A stretch of DNA of 64,000 nucleotides from positions 62,001 to 126,000 of the forward strand of contig MCFE01000162.1 of the NCBI GenBank assembly GCA_002104905.1, written 5' to 3'. The translations under genes and the position numbers were made by a program. How positions within the stretch are numbered: the first letter of the stretch is position 1; each line of letters opens with the position of its first letter. The notes beneath the pieces were generated by a model. The model worked only from the letters and a program-made list of their open reading frames with translations. It was not told the DNA's origin and did no database searches. This DNA is from Basidiobolus meristosporus CBS 931.73. Taxonomy: Eukaryota; Fungi; Basidiobolomycota. Positions 35,254 through 48,396 of this stretch are shown one piece after another.

Positions 35254-38200
35254 TCACGATGCGGAATACCACAAGTTGTAATCCAAGCGTACGGCCAGAC
35301 TCTGTCGTTTGGAGGATGCAGAATCGCGGTACTCCAGCGTATCGATGTACTCTCTCAGATTTACCAAGAATAATCGGTCGCTAGTTGCTAGGTGTCTATT
35401 GTCTTGTGGGATCTGGTACTGGTCGATTGGCTCCGAGGGGCGGGAGTCGCGTTTCAGAATCCTTTCGGCGAAACTTGTGAATCTACTACATACATCTAGG
35501 ATCATGTACAAAACCTAACGATCCGGCTTAGTTGGAGGCTTCATGGATGCGATCGAGAATCGGGACGTATTACCTGTCGTCGGCTCTCGTTAGAGCTATC
35601 GATCATACATTCGTGCAGGCAGGAGTCCAGAAAATCCGTGTGGCATTGCAGCACCTGATCTACCGTGTTGGCCTAAAGCGCAGTATCCCGTCGAAGGTTA
35701 GGGCGCGAAACAAAGCGAGAATGAGCCCGTCGGTAACTTACTTTCGTCAGCTGCTTTTCCAATTTCCCCCAGTTTGGCTCCAGTACCTCGCTGGAAACGA
35801 AGTAAAGGATCTGCTGTACAAATTGGAGCATCCGATGGCACTGGGTCTGAATCTGCAAGGTGGATTTGACGTTGTCCGCCTCCCTTCTTCTCCGGCTATG
35901 CTGGATCTCTCGCGAAAGGCTCCAGACATGGGTTAGTTGCTTTTCAACCCCTTTCAGCTTGACTAGATGCCGGAAGATTTGCTGGTACTTCGCAACCGCC
36001 CTGGGGGAGATGACCAACGAAAACGGAAACTCGATGTTGATGTCCAGATTGAGCATATCCATTGCCGACTCTATAGATGGATGGTAAAGGACGCTAGTTA
36101 GGAAAGCATATATGCTCTGTAGGTTCCGAAGCCCTACTCACTGTTGGCATCCGAAGTCAGGTTGACCAGACTTCTTTGTAGGTCCGATTCAATGTCTCTA
36201 GGGCTCTTCCCAGTGATGTTGGGGGACTCGAAACGGGACACTAAGGAATGACCAGATTTAGTGACCCTCAATTCTTCGCGAAACGGGTCGGTGGAGGCGG
36301 GGGAGTCAGGATTCCTTAACGCCAGATCCAGCAGTAGCTGTAATTTGGAGAACGATGCCTCCAAGTAGGGCTTCCGAAGCTCCGGCCAGGCCAGGTCCAA
36401 GAAATGATTGAAAAAGTCCGACTGGTCTAGGAAAAAATAACGCTTCATCGAGCTTTGCGAGTGGATAGGAAGGTTAGTCTAGTCCCAAAGACCCCGTTTC
36501 TAGCCGTATTACCGAAGTCTGCCGAAAACTTGCTTCTCCTTCATGAGCAGATCCAAGAGCAGCCGGTTGGAATAGATGTAAGCGTCATCGATTTCTTTGA
36601 TGTATCTAATGGGGCTCCGACGGTTAGCTTATGCGCATAGGAAAAGAAGGCGCAGCCACTACCTTCCACCCTCTAGAGTTTGAAGTACATCTAAAACCTC
36701 CCCGTGGGTTGTATTTCGCTCGAAGTTGCTGTTCTGGTAGCTGCTGAGCAAAGGCTTGGCGGGGGTAGAAGTAGCTCTAGGTTCGAGTGTTCCGTATCGC
36801 TTCATGATGTTCAAGTATTTTCCGGCCAGCAAGATCTTGTCCTTGTATGGCTCAAGGAAGGAAGGGATTCTGCCATCGCGAAATAGATATTGTCGCTCCC
36901 ATAATGTGCTATGGAGTTAAAGATGATCGACAAGGGTGCTGGGTAGTGTACAGATGATCGATAAGGGCACAAAAGGATATGTGTCATTCACATCATACTT
37001 CCATTCGAAATTCTTCATGCTCCTCACTTTAACCATAAACTCTCCGTATGGATCTCGCAACTCGCCCTGATGGATCCACGATAGTAACATCTGGAAATAT
37101 GGAGCTGAGGCGTTGGATAGAAGATGTGCGAAGAGGCATTTTGTGGATTGGTCGCTGAAGGGGATTTCATAAGGATAGGAGGCACCATGTTAGTTTGACA
37201 TGGCTGCCGTGAGAAAGGGGGCCAACTTACCCTCCCCAGTCAACATACAACTTCACCATCACATCCAGAATGACATGTCCTTTCGGATAGGACACTCCTC
37301 CACGACTGTTTCTTCGCACTTCGTTGTGGATTGCCATGATGAGTTTGTGAAGGGACCTCATGGTCTCCAGGGTAGGTGAAATGTGGAGCCAGAGTTTGTG
37401 AAGGGTGAATTCTGGAGACTCGCGGGACTTTTGTTCAAGTTGTACAACAAGCATGGTGTATTCCTAGGCAAGGTTAATATGGTAAGGATAGAGGAGAGCC
37501 TACTGTACTGGAGCTTACTTTAAGCAACTCGCGGATAGCTGCGCAGAGAGCATGATTCACTTTCCCACAATCAAACCGGGAGTAGATGGCGATGAAGTTT
37601 TCAATCGATGTGTAGTAAGTAACTATTGGGGCAATCTTGCTCACGAGATCTTGCAACGTAGGCTCTGCTCGTCAATAACAGGGAATACCGGGGATTTGAA
37701 TTGCTACAGGTGAGTTACGCGAAACGAATCGAGAACAGAAAAGCAAAGAAACAATACCCATCGAAGTGTCGATTTTACAAACTCCTCCAACCAAATCTGT
37801 TTCATCGATAGCCGCCTCATGTAATCTTATGAACCGGCCATCAGTTCCCTAGCAATACGACGGTGAGCCCTTGTCCAAGGTATCGTTGTAGGCGAGAATG
37901 GATACCATCAATATGTATAGGATGTCTTGTAGTACATGGTATTCTTGCAGAGCAACCGGGTACACTCCCAAAGGTAGCCTCTCTTCAGGTCCGGGCTACA
38001 GAGCGAAAGGGGTTAAATCGTATTTTTAAGACGGGATACTTGAAATTTAGTGCGATCTCCGAACCTCATCGTAGTGAGTGTATAGGTTTGCGAATGGCGT
38101 TTCGGGGTAATTGAACTTCACTGCTGAATCTCTGATTACTAATCTACTCGGCAAAGGCAGAAGACCAACTTTATACTTACACAAGGACGAATCCTCCTTT

Positions 38201-38265
38201 GACTGTCTTGTCTGAAAGCCAATTGAGGATGTTATTGAATGGCGTCGAGAGCAAGGTACAGACAT
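35254..38265 (-). CDS. SPC97: Gamma-tubulin complex component GCP2 (Spc97/Alp4), multi-exon
   Basis: QE..VLQDILYILMG.DG; KVNHALCAAIR.LL; YF.ML..WI.QG.L.DPY.EF; KRYFFLDQSDFF.HFLDLA..ELRKP...KLQ.LLDLALRNP.S....DPF; FP.SLVIS..A..KYQ.IFRHL. The 5' exon boundaries are approximate. Confidence 0.9.
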
Positions 38266-38425
38266 CCTCTGCGAATATAATTACAAGCTCCCTAAGCTAC
38301 GTTTGAACACTTATGAGGGGATAGACCAGGTACGTCGGCTTTTTCGTGTAGAAAGCCGATAGTCAAGTAAACAAAAGCAATTGATTCTTCAGAAAATCAA
38401 TCATAACCGAGCCATCCATGCATAG

Positions 38426-38451
38426 CACACACACACACACACGCACACACA
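38426..38451. repeat. (CA)n microsatellite
   Basis: CACACACACACACACACGCACACACA. Confidence 0.9.
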
Positions 38452-38673
38452 AATGATCAAATGGGCTTCCTGATCCACCTCCCAATATTTGCCCACTAGG
38501 TTATGTTGGGTGATTAGCTGGTTTTATTGAAATGGAGTTATGCAGCACATCAGCTCAAAACCAATGCGGATGAGTATTTTCAAGGTCCATCGAGAGAAAG
38601 TGGGTTGAATACTAGACCCCCAGTGCCCGTGTTCCAGAGAGGCAACATATATACGTATGTAGGCGCGGTTGAT

Positions 38674-39519
38674 CTAGTTGATTTTGTTCAAGCGGAATTG
38701 ATTGGTATGAATTTTCTGGTCCACTTCGTCTGCGTGCCTGTTGACCTTGTCCAATACCTGGTTTTGAAGATCGAGCTCCTCACGCATATTGAGTCCCATA
38801 TGCTTCAGACGTGACAGAGAAGCCGACATCGTATTCAAGTTATCATTGATCTGATGCTCTTGCTCCTCACCTTCCCCATCGAAGGTGTATGGGTTGGGTG
38901 CGCCAAAATCGTGGTTTTGGGAAGAGCCATCCCCAGCATACTTGGAGCGAGTGCCGGGCCGTTTGTTCATAGCGGTAGCCATCCGCTGTTTGGTATCGAT
39001 GTTGAATTGGAGCAGCTCCTCCTTTCTCTCCTGTTGAGCCCTATGCTCGGCTTGCAATTTGAGCAGCTCCTTCTCCTTCTTCTTCTTGGAACCGAAAGGA
39101 TTCGAGAAACTGATCTTGAAGATCGACCCGTTGATCTTCTTTAGCTCGGCAGTCTTCTGGGCTGCAAGATCGGTTTGGGCATCTGCGATGTCCAATTGGC
39201 CTCGGATGCTATTGATGGTTTCTAGAAAGATATAAGGTAAGTATCAAAAGGCGGCGGTCGAGTGGCTGAGCTATATAAAACCTGATTGCTCTCCAAGCTT
39301 CACCAAGGTACTTTGGGCGCTCTCCTCAGCTTGTCTCAAGGTGCGGATGGCGTTCTGGGTGGAGGCCAGGGTTTCATCACGGGTCTTGTTGATTTGTTGG
39401 CGCATGGCGAGAACCTCTGCATCCTCCTCTGCATCGCCAGTTGAAGTATATTCATACTGAGGATCGTATGGAGATTGCTGCTGTTGCTGCTGTTGTCTGA
39501 AGCGTCTGAATTCTTCCAT
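38674..39519 (-). CDS. SEC9: Sec9/SNAP-25 family Qbc SNARE, 2 exons; start codon uncertain
   Basis: Two SNARE coiled coils: ETLASTQNA.R....AEE....TL.KLG.QSE...I..QLD and E.QI..NL......L.RLK.M...M..EL..QN..LD.V....D.VD..I..N..RL.KI. Confidence 0.85.
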
Positions 39520-40348
39520 GAGGTACAAGAACAAGTGTCGGTGTAACTGCTCGAGAAGAACCAACCAAAATAAGTCGGAAAGTCACTGGAGAATCGAGAT
39601 ATAAATACCGCATCGGCATTCAGATGGAACTTCCATGCTGGATCACGAGCGGATCTCACTTATCCACAGAGTGTCACTTTATTCAAGCATCTAACCCTAT
39701 CTCGCCAATTTGTACCATGCAAAATGGAATCTTGAGTAAACTTTCTGAGCATGTCTAGACCCAATAGTGATTGGCGATTGCTACGCAGCAGATATAAATA
39801 ACTGCTTGGATACTTCCACCGAGAAAACAACTGGGCATTTCCTTTTGACACCTAGGACGCCTGATTGGGCAACCGATACAGTCAATTCATAATCATCATT
39901 TAAATCTCTGAATTAGCCAATATTCCCCTGCTTCACTGTAGCCGCTATGACATAAAGCATCCTGGGTGTCTAATAGGAAGGAGACTCCCCAATTGGGCTG
40001 GAGGATGATGATGGGCCTATCGAAAGATACAAAGCAGGCGAAGGATGGATATAGATAGGCTGCTTGAGGGAGTTCCATGCGCTTAGGACCCTTACAGGCC
40101 AGCAATTAACGTACTCATTGGCAGAGCCATTCATGTTAAACCTCCCAATCTATTTTTCAGACTGCGCTGACGATATGGAGTTGACGTCTCCTTGGTGTAT
40201 CTTATTTTTACGTCCGCTAGCCAAGGCAACTCCAGTAGAATGAGTGGCCGGTCAAGTCATGCCAGGGTATCGGTCTCTAGGAGACGAATACTGTGCAACT
40301 ATTTAAGCACCAGCTACACCGCCTTCACCTCCATCATCAACACGTATC

Positions 40349-41055
40349 ATGCTTCCGCAAATCAAGCCATTCATCATTACCTTGCTTACTCTATCCATGG
40401 TGACAGGTGCGCCATACACTCATCCCAGGGTAACCAACAAGGTGTACCTGGATCTCACGCAAGGCGGCAAACCGCTTGGGCGAGTTGTACTGGGACTTTA
40501 CGGAGACATCGTCCCTAGAACAGTGAACAATTTCAAAGCTCTGATCTCCGGAGTGAAAGGGACACCATTGCACTATCAAGGCAACAGCTTTCATAGAGTT
40601 TTGCGGGATTTCATCATTCAGGCAGGCAGCATCACTCCTCACGGCGGGGATAGTATCTACGGGGGATTTTTCAAGGACGAAAATTTCGCTCTCCCTCACA
40701 ACTCACCAGGTAGGCTTAGCATGACCTGGCAGCATTTGACTTGCTAACTCCATGACGACCAGGTATCCTTAGTATGGCGAATGCTGGACCAGATTCGAAC
40801 ACGTCCCAATTCTTCATCACCCTAAACCCGACACCATGGTTAGATGGGTCTTACGTTGGTATGTGTATTTCGTTTTGATAAACTGGATTTCGTTCGTTGA
40901 TTAGTTTCTGTCTAGTATTTGGACGCGTCCTGGATGGGATGCATGTGGTAAAATATGTATCCGAGACGCCCGTAGATAGTATGTTCAAGCCCTACGAAAG
41001 CGTGTTCATCCAAGGGTGTGGAGAGCTCAAGATGGATTCTTCAGACTATTATTAG
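40349..41055 (+). CDS. Cyclophilin-type PPIase with signal peptide (CypB-like), 3 exons
   Basis: VTNKVYLD....G..LGRVV.GLYG.IVP.TV.NF; FHRV..DF.IQ; [21 protein letters not shown]; SQFFIT...T.WLDG..VVFG. Hydrophobic N-terminus; two canonical introns. Confidence 0.93.
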
Positions 41056-41589
41056 CCAGTAATTGTCAAGCGGTGGCCGCAGTCCGGTTGGCGAAGCAAC
41101 TCAACTCTCGCCTCGTTCTTAACCGCCGTCAGCTTGCGTCGGAGATACGTCGACCCAACCTGTATAACCCCAACTCCTTCCAATACCAATTAAACACCCG
41201 GTTTATGAACCACAACATTAGGACGCCAACAGCGTTGAATCCACTAAACAATGCTATTTTGGCTCCCATATTTACCATCGGATTTTGCAATTGGTGGTAT
41301 CGCTACACACTATTTATACACTACTAAGGGAGAATGCGGCAATTAAGCTAGTCTGTGGCCAAGGGACTTCCTAAAGTAGCTCTGGTATATTTGAGTCATG
41401 TGTGAGATTAATCAATTGAGTGTGGAGACCATTCAACCAGATCATGTACTCTTCTATTCATGAAAGCTCACCTCCGATTGGTTTTTGGGCCTCACTAGGT
41501 TACCCAAAGTGCATTGTGCCCATTAGCCATGTTTGGATTCCATGTCGGGCACTGAGCAGTATATGAAAATACCCTAAGCTGAATGTTAC

Positions 41590-42005
41590 AAGGATCTTGA
41601 CATCAAATACTCGAGCCATACATCAACTGTATCATACAGAGGTATATTCCACCGGTAAATAACCAGTAAACCCCCAGTTTCTCTCCAGCCTCCAACGCCC
41701 TATTTGGGAACCACTACGCTTGTTTCCTTTTGGGATGGTACATCTATGCAGCATCTGAGTATGGTGTGTCCGCAGTCCCATGTTACATGGAATCGAACTT
41801 CGCTCCAGGGACAGAGCTGAATGTGAACTTCCAAGTGGCACATTCTACCCCTGAAGAGGTAACTGAAGGCAGCGCTGAGCTGAAATGTGAGAATATAAAG
41901 GCCTGTCACTTAACATACCTAGACCTACCATTTCCAGAAGTCGAGATTCCTGAAGCATCCCACGTCAACTGGCCATATCTTTATCCCCCAACTACGCCAC
42001 AATAA
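41590..42005 (+). pseudogene. Possible decayed coding fragment of unknown family
   Basis: ~110 open codons of protein-like composition (NHYACFLLGWYIYAASEYG...CENIKAC), preceded by stop-interrupted frames. No recognisable domain. Confidence 0.2.
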
Positions 42006-43957
42006 ATGTGAGTGAAGTGCCGCCGGGGAATGTAGGTGGCAAACATCCATTGTCTATATTGGCATCCTCCTCCCTACGTCTCCTCCTTACTTCCGAGACA
42101 ATACAGCGAGCACGCAAAACAAAAATTCCCTTGGGTCTCAGATAATCGAGTGAATCCTACTCGTAGGTACATCCACTACGGTAGTAGGTGAGCTTTCTAA
42201 GCCTGTCGGCGAGGGAGTGAAAAACGCAGTCTTGGAATACAATTAATTAAACCAAAGATGGCAAACCCCGTATATCATGGCGCAAGAAACACACGAGACA
42301 TGAACTCACCGACAGACCATCGTCACACACTCACGCCCGCTCTGAAGGATATTCCCGGGCGCTGTTCTGGCGAGTGGAATACGTGATTTATGGCGGTTAC
42401 TTCCCATAGCATATCCACTCTACCAGAGACGGTGGCAGAGCAGCGGTACACGGTGTTACATGGCACGGCGGACACAGGTCAAGTCTGGCCTCCGATGTGT
42501 GTCTGATTTGCTTTGAAAAGAAGGACAATGCTGCCGTTCATGCATGAGCATTTTTATGCGCGCTCTTGATGTACTCCGAAATTGATTGATTGCCCTCTAT
42601 GCAAGGATCCCTTGACACAAGAGTAAATCACTGAATTTTTTATGTATAATGAGTGGAAGTTTGGCGGCAAACATTAGTGTTGGCCCTCCTAATGCCAGCC
42701 GTCGGTCGTGATGGCCCATTGGCAGTATTCCTCAACTTCGCCTAGACTCGCTCCGTACGGTCGATTCGCCCTTTCATCCTGGCCACAGGCTACTCCCAGG
42801 GCATCGCAGGCACCAAGGATTTTCAGAACGTTCTATTGTTACAATTGCATGGCTGTACACCGGACCTATGCATACACCTTTATCTTTGATGCACTAATGC
42901 ACGTTTATGCCGATGGAAAAGACATCGATGGTACTACGGAGTAATTGAGCTCCACTACATCGAATGCGAATCCCTGCTTGTTCCAAGCTCATCATTTATG
43001 TAAGACCGGAAAGTAACCAACGAGTGGGCCAGCTTTTGGTGACTCCGTCCTGCTGAAAGTTACAAACATCCTGTTCCCTGGCTTCGTAGGGAACACGCGA
43101 GTATAGGAAGCGACAGTCCAAACGCCATTCGTGCAACGAACCCACCCAATGCGAGAAGATCAGACGGCATCAGATGGTGCTCCGCCAGGATGAACTCACC
43201 AAATCTCTCCAACTGGTTGATGGCGGGATTAGGAAGGAAACTTGGGATTATCTGGCGGTGCTCTTATTGTCACAGTCCGCTTCAAATAAACACCAATGTA
43301 TTTGTGCTCACTATGGCCAGATTTGGTTACCCAACTTCCCCGAATGGAACTAATCCGCTTTGAAATGACCGTTACATCATTGTTCACTGAATTATAACCA
43401 GTGGAGGGATAAACGCATCACTTCTACTGGTTCATCATATGCATTGCTTGACTTGAAATTACGGGCAGGTTGATCCACAACAATGTATTTTATACTTTAA
43501 TATACCTCAACCCTGTCTTCAGGCAAACCCCCATTGCACTACATATTTATCTAATTTACCAGGCGGTGGATTTGAACTCTACATTCTGGTTATATCCTGG
43601 GTTGCTTTGCTTAATCCTCCTTTACCTGGTTCAGTCCACTTCTCCACCTCAACCTAATCTTCACAAGGAAGGGTGCTCTGGGAACTGACCACTCTCTGCT
43701 CAAACACACGCGACCTATTGCTCTCCTTCTCACTGCTTACCCTCACCAGATTACCACCTGAACAGGACACGCCAATATCCGTGTCGCACAGTATTTCACC
43801 AAACCTACTCCCAAGCCCCCTTGTCTCCGTCCTCCGTTGCGGACTGTTGCCAACTTGTGGCTGGGAAACTCTTTGCCAGGTGCTGCTGCCCATCAGTCTG
43901 AAAGACCACTCTACCCAACGCTATCCACCGACTTAGGGCCGCCAAGGCTTTACTCGT

Positions 43958-46900
43958 ATGAAAACCCGTGAAGCAGAAGCCTACACCAGTTTGGACTTTT
44001 TACGGGAAAGCGGGACCAACCGTAAGTTGTTTTCCATTCTGGTCGCCACGCCCCACCTTGCTCCTCGCCACTGACCTATTCCTTCTCCCTAACGTAGTCA
44101 AGTTGGTTTCGCTTGATGTGACGAATGGCACAAAGCCACTCCTGCTTGTGGAGCCGGTTGAGACCGGCGGGGTTGAGCTCAGGACAGCCAATCTCTTGCG
44201 GTTTATTCAGGACCCTGAACACCCCTCGCGTCTCATTGTACAGCTACCGTATCAGAGTGGGGAGAGTTCCGGGCTGATATTTCACTTTACCTTTACCTTC
44301 AACCAACAAGCCCCGCCGAACATCCTGGCCCTGGTCCATTCCTCGTCCGAGGCGGAGGTGGAGAGGATCCGCAGCAAGATAGAGAGTGGAAGCGACATCG
44401 TAAGTGATCCGATATTCAGCGCCCGGTGGTCCAGCATAGCCCAGTTAATCATTTCCCATGGCTCTTAGGTGTACGAGCACTCCCACATCGAAATCGTAGA
44501 CACCTATCCGGTCACCAACGATTCCAACTCGTTTGAATGGACCTTCAACTACTTCCCGAGAAACGACATGATCATCCCCGGCGAACTGGGCTGGAAAGAA
44601 AGCTTCTCGGTAAGTGATACCGCGTCCACCGCCGTCCCCAGAACGCTTCCATATGCATGCACTGACCCGTTGTACCATTGAAGTTCATAGATTTGGATGT
44701 TGGCACGCACACCACCGCAATCGAACTGAGCTTTGACATCTGGGTCACCCACTCGATTAAGTCCATCGTTCACTCGCCAGGCAACACCAAACGAAGCCCT
44801 CGTCTAACTGAGTTTACTAGGGCATCTAGCCCGGACTCGAGTAACATCGAGGAGATGTACTCGACATTCTATCAGCTCTATTCTCCAGTGACCCGTAGCT
44901 TGAGCCCCCACATGAACCATTCGAGCTTCTCGTTGCCGAGCACCAGGAGCCAGCGAAGCGCACGTCACTCTGTTGATGAGGATACGGTGGCACGGCATTC
45001 CTTTTCAGGGAAAAACCTCCACAACTCCTTCAATCTGGACATAGTCGACTCACCTTTGCTCAGGTACAAGATCCAGCAATCCGAGAAAAGCGTTGGCACC
45101 CTGAAGCATGAGGTCAAACGTCTGATAAAGGCGGTGGCGGAGTATGAAGAGGCGGGCCGTGCCGAGATCAGGGCCAGCCGAAAGTTGATCGACGCGGTCA
45201 AGAACTCCCGCTGCTTAGATTCGGTCAATCTTTTCTTGGAGAACTGGCTGAATAATATACTTCAGTTCCGAGAGACGATCTATGATAAGCTAGAGACTCT
45301 GGTGAAGGGCCCTATGGAGCAATTGTACGAAAAGGAGATCAAGTCCGTCGACAGCAAGACCAAGGAATTCTTGAAGGAGGCGGAGGAGTTTTACCAGTTT
45401 GAAGCCAAGCACCTGTCCTCAAAGCATGATAGTCGTAAGCTGAACTCTTCCACCGACATCCTGTATGAGAAGCGCAAGGAAAAGTTCAACCAGAGGATCC
45501 TTGACATATACGTCTTTCTGCATGAGCTCACCGAGGGGCCAAAAGAGGGCGAGCTGATGATGTACTTTGTGAGTTTCATTCAGAAATATTTCAGCTACAT
45601 CAAGGAGGCATACCACTCGGTGGAGGAGAACAACTACGAACTGACCTGTGTTGAGCGCATCGTTGGCTCCATATGTAAGGCTACTACCGACCAAAGGAAA
45701 TTGATTCAAGAGCGCCGCAGACAGTCGGAGAAGAGGGCAAACACCAATTCGCTCAGCATTGGTGAGAGTGCGGGTCTAAGCATTCGGGAGCAACTAAAGT
45801 CAAACTCCTTTTCAAGCGCTCGTGGCCTGAAAAATAGGCTGGATTCCCGATTCGGGGGAGTTCGTGACTTGGGATCGTTTGACATGGAGCAAGCGTCGTC
45901 TGCCGGAAGGCACAAAGAAGGCGTGCTTTACTCTCCCGCCAGACGAAGGCCCTCCAATCTCGACAGTTCCTGGCACGGGAACTGGTGCGTCATCTCCCGC
46001 GGGCATTTCTCGGAGATAGTTAATTGGAAGAAAAAGCCCGAAGCCCACAGAGCATCCATCAGCTTGAAGCTTGCCTCGGTTCGTCAACTTCCTAACGCTG
46101 ACCGGAGATTCTGCTTTGAACTGGTGACATTGACCGGAAAACGAGTATACCAAGCACTCTCTCACGAGGATATGATCGATTGGATCAATGTGCTGAAGAA
46201 CGCCATTGAATCCCAGCTGAATGGGATGAGCTCCTCTTCCGACCTGAGGGCAATATCCACAGTCGACCATAAGGGGAGGGCCTCTAGGTCGGAGGAAGCG
46301 GGCAGCGTGCGTACAGTGCTAAAGCATGACCCAAGCAACGAATTCTGTGCAGACTGCGGCTCCAAAAACCCTGAATGGTGCTCTATTAACTTCGGGATCC
46401 TGTTGTGCATCGGTGAGTGATTGTTGTTTGTCGTAGAACGGCCATGTTACTAAGACAGCTCTTGATGATTTGCAGAATGCTCGGGAATCCACCGCAGCCT
46501 CGGAACACATGTGTCGAAAATCCGCTCGCTGACGTTGGACAACTCGTTCAGCCCGGACTTGATTGAGATGATCTCCAGGATAGGCAACCGAGTATTCAAC
46601 GAAATCTGGGAGGCCAAGATCGTCTCGACGGATGAGATGATCCCAGTTGACCGCCAGAAATGCCGGAAACCGCGAAATACGGACTCGAGAGAGGCCAAGG
46701 CATCGTACATCAAGGCCAAGTACCTCGATCGCAAGTTTGTTCAGTCCCCTCCTATCCAGGAGATCGTGAACTCTCCGAGCAGCCTCCTGTTTCACGCGAT
46801 CGAGACCAATGACCTGGTTGGCGTAATGCGCGCATTTGCCATGGGTGCCGATCTGAATAAGCCTCTTGGTGAGTGCGAAGCCAATCCAGACGAGAAAATC

Positions 46901-47557
46901 GACAGCGGGATAACACCGCTCCAATTCGCCCTTTTGCTGCACTCCGATGTTCTACCCAAGGTTAGCCTCGAGCCGACCATGGATCTGGGACGGGGAGACG
47001 TGGGATTTCTAAACAAGCAGAAGTCGGTCAGCCACGGCACTCGAATGGCCGGCACCCCAGAAAACGGCCACCTTCGCAGACGCACAATCCAAGTCCTGCC
47101 TTCACACAAGACACCTTCGCTATCCTCCTCGTCCTACTCAGCGCTGGATTCCTCGGAAACCTGCTCCATATCTTCCCTATCAGAGATGCCCAACGAGAAC
47201 ATCACTTTCCCGATCCCCGAATTCTTGATCCACAATGGAGTGGACATCAACTCTCGGTCTTCAAGAGACGCAGTTACAGCGCTGCATCTGGTGGCCTCCA
47301 AGGGAGATCTATTTGCCGTTCGATATTTACTGGGAAAGGGGGCTGACTTGAACGACATCAGCGATCTTGACCTCAGCTCCATTACCGCAGGGGGCAAGCT
47401 AGTGGCGAATTTGAAGAAGACCAACGACCTCGCCTCCACCCATACCCTGAGCAAGGCGCTGAAAAGTCGAGTATCGACTCCTTGTATGCACCCCAGTTCC
47501 CAGAGGTTGTCTACCTCGAAACTAGACCGGCTGAGTGTAGCAAGATTATTCAAGTAG
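43958..47557 (+). CDS. ACAP/centaurin-beta type ArfGAP (fungal N-terminal domain, BAR, PH, ArfGAP Zn finger, ankyrin repeats); Age1/Csx2-like
   Basis: Introns at 44022-44097, 44400-44468, 44610-44683 and ~46413-46476 join the ORFs. Motifs: DSPLLR..I; W...WCVI..[73 protein letters not shown]..A..GD. Confidence 0.92.
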
Positions 47558-48396
47558 ACATAGCACATATTGTTTGTATAATTCTTCATCACCATTTTGT
47601 TTGAGTTTCTCTAGATCCTTGGTTTCTCGGATTTTTGTACAACATTTTTCGTTAATACCCAGGTTGCTTCTGATCTTCTGGGCCATTGTATGTGCCGAGA
47701 ACCGTGGTTGATTGGATGCTGCTATACATCCTCAACGCACTCTCTACACATGATAAGCGCCCTTTGCTCGAGGCAATGATGGTGTGCCACCGTCCCAGCC
47801 CCCTACACGCCACAGCGGTAGGCCAGCCTACCGTGGGGCGTTGCCATAAGATGCCCCCTAATTAAAGTTAATTCCATCTTCAAATATAATCGAATAAATC
47901 GCTCTTTACCCGGGCCCCCTCATTGTCAGAGCGTGTGCGTCACTCAGCAAGGAAAGACAAGCCGCCTGTCCAGTTGATGGGGGCAGCGATGGGCGTGGGC
48001 CTCAGGTGCCAAGCTTGTGCGTTCGAATCGACTCACACTCACCATGCTATTACTGGCAAACACTCAACACACGCCATTCTCCATGCGTGGGATTTTATTG
48101 TTGCCAAAAAAGTCCACGGGATTGCCAAATTGTAGGTAGGACAAGTATCCAGAATACGGGGATCATTTCGGGGAACGAGGCATCACTACTGTTTGAAATG
48201 TGCCAATGGGTGCGCAGACGAATGGGGGGGGTTTCACACCGCGAGCGAGTCGAATTAGGTGGGTAGTAATAAATTTAGGCTCTTATTAAGGAGTTCACAG
48301 AGGTTGATCTAGAAATAAAAGACAGCGGGGAGGGGGAGGGGCAGGGGCAGGGTCACATCTCGGGCGCTTGGAAAGGAGGCAGACGGGGCGGGCAGC

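Noticed and set aside
39460-39500. Poly-Gln (CAG/CAA) tract in Sec9
   Set aside because: Short Q-rich N-termini are ordinary in Sec9 proteins.
42010-43950. ORFs or ncRNA in the ~2-kb intergenic stretch
   Set aside because: The ORFs are short with no motifs, and no tRNA, snRNA or repeat structure was recognised.
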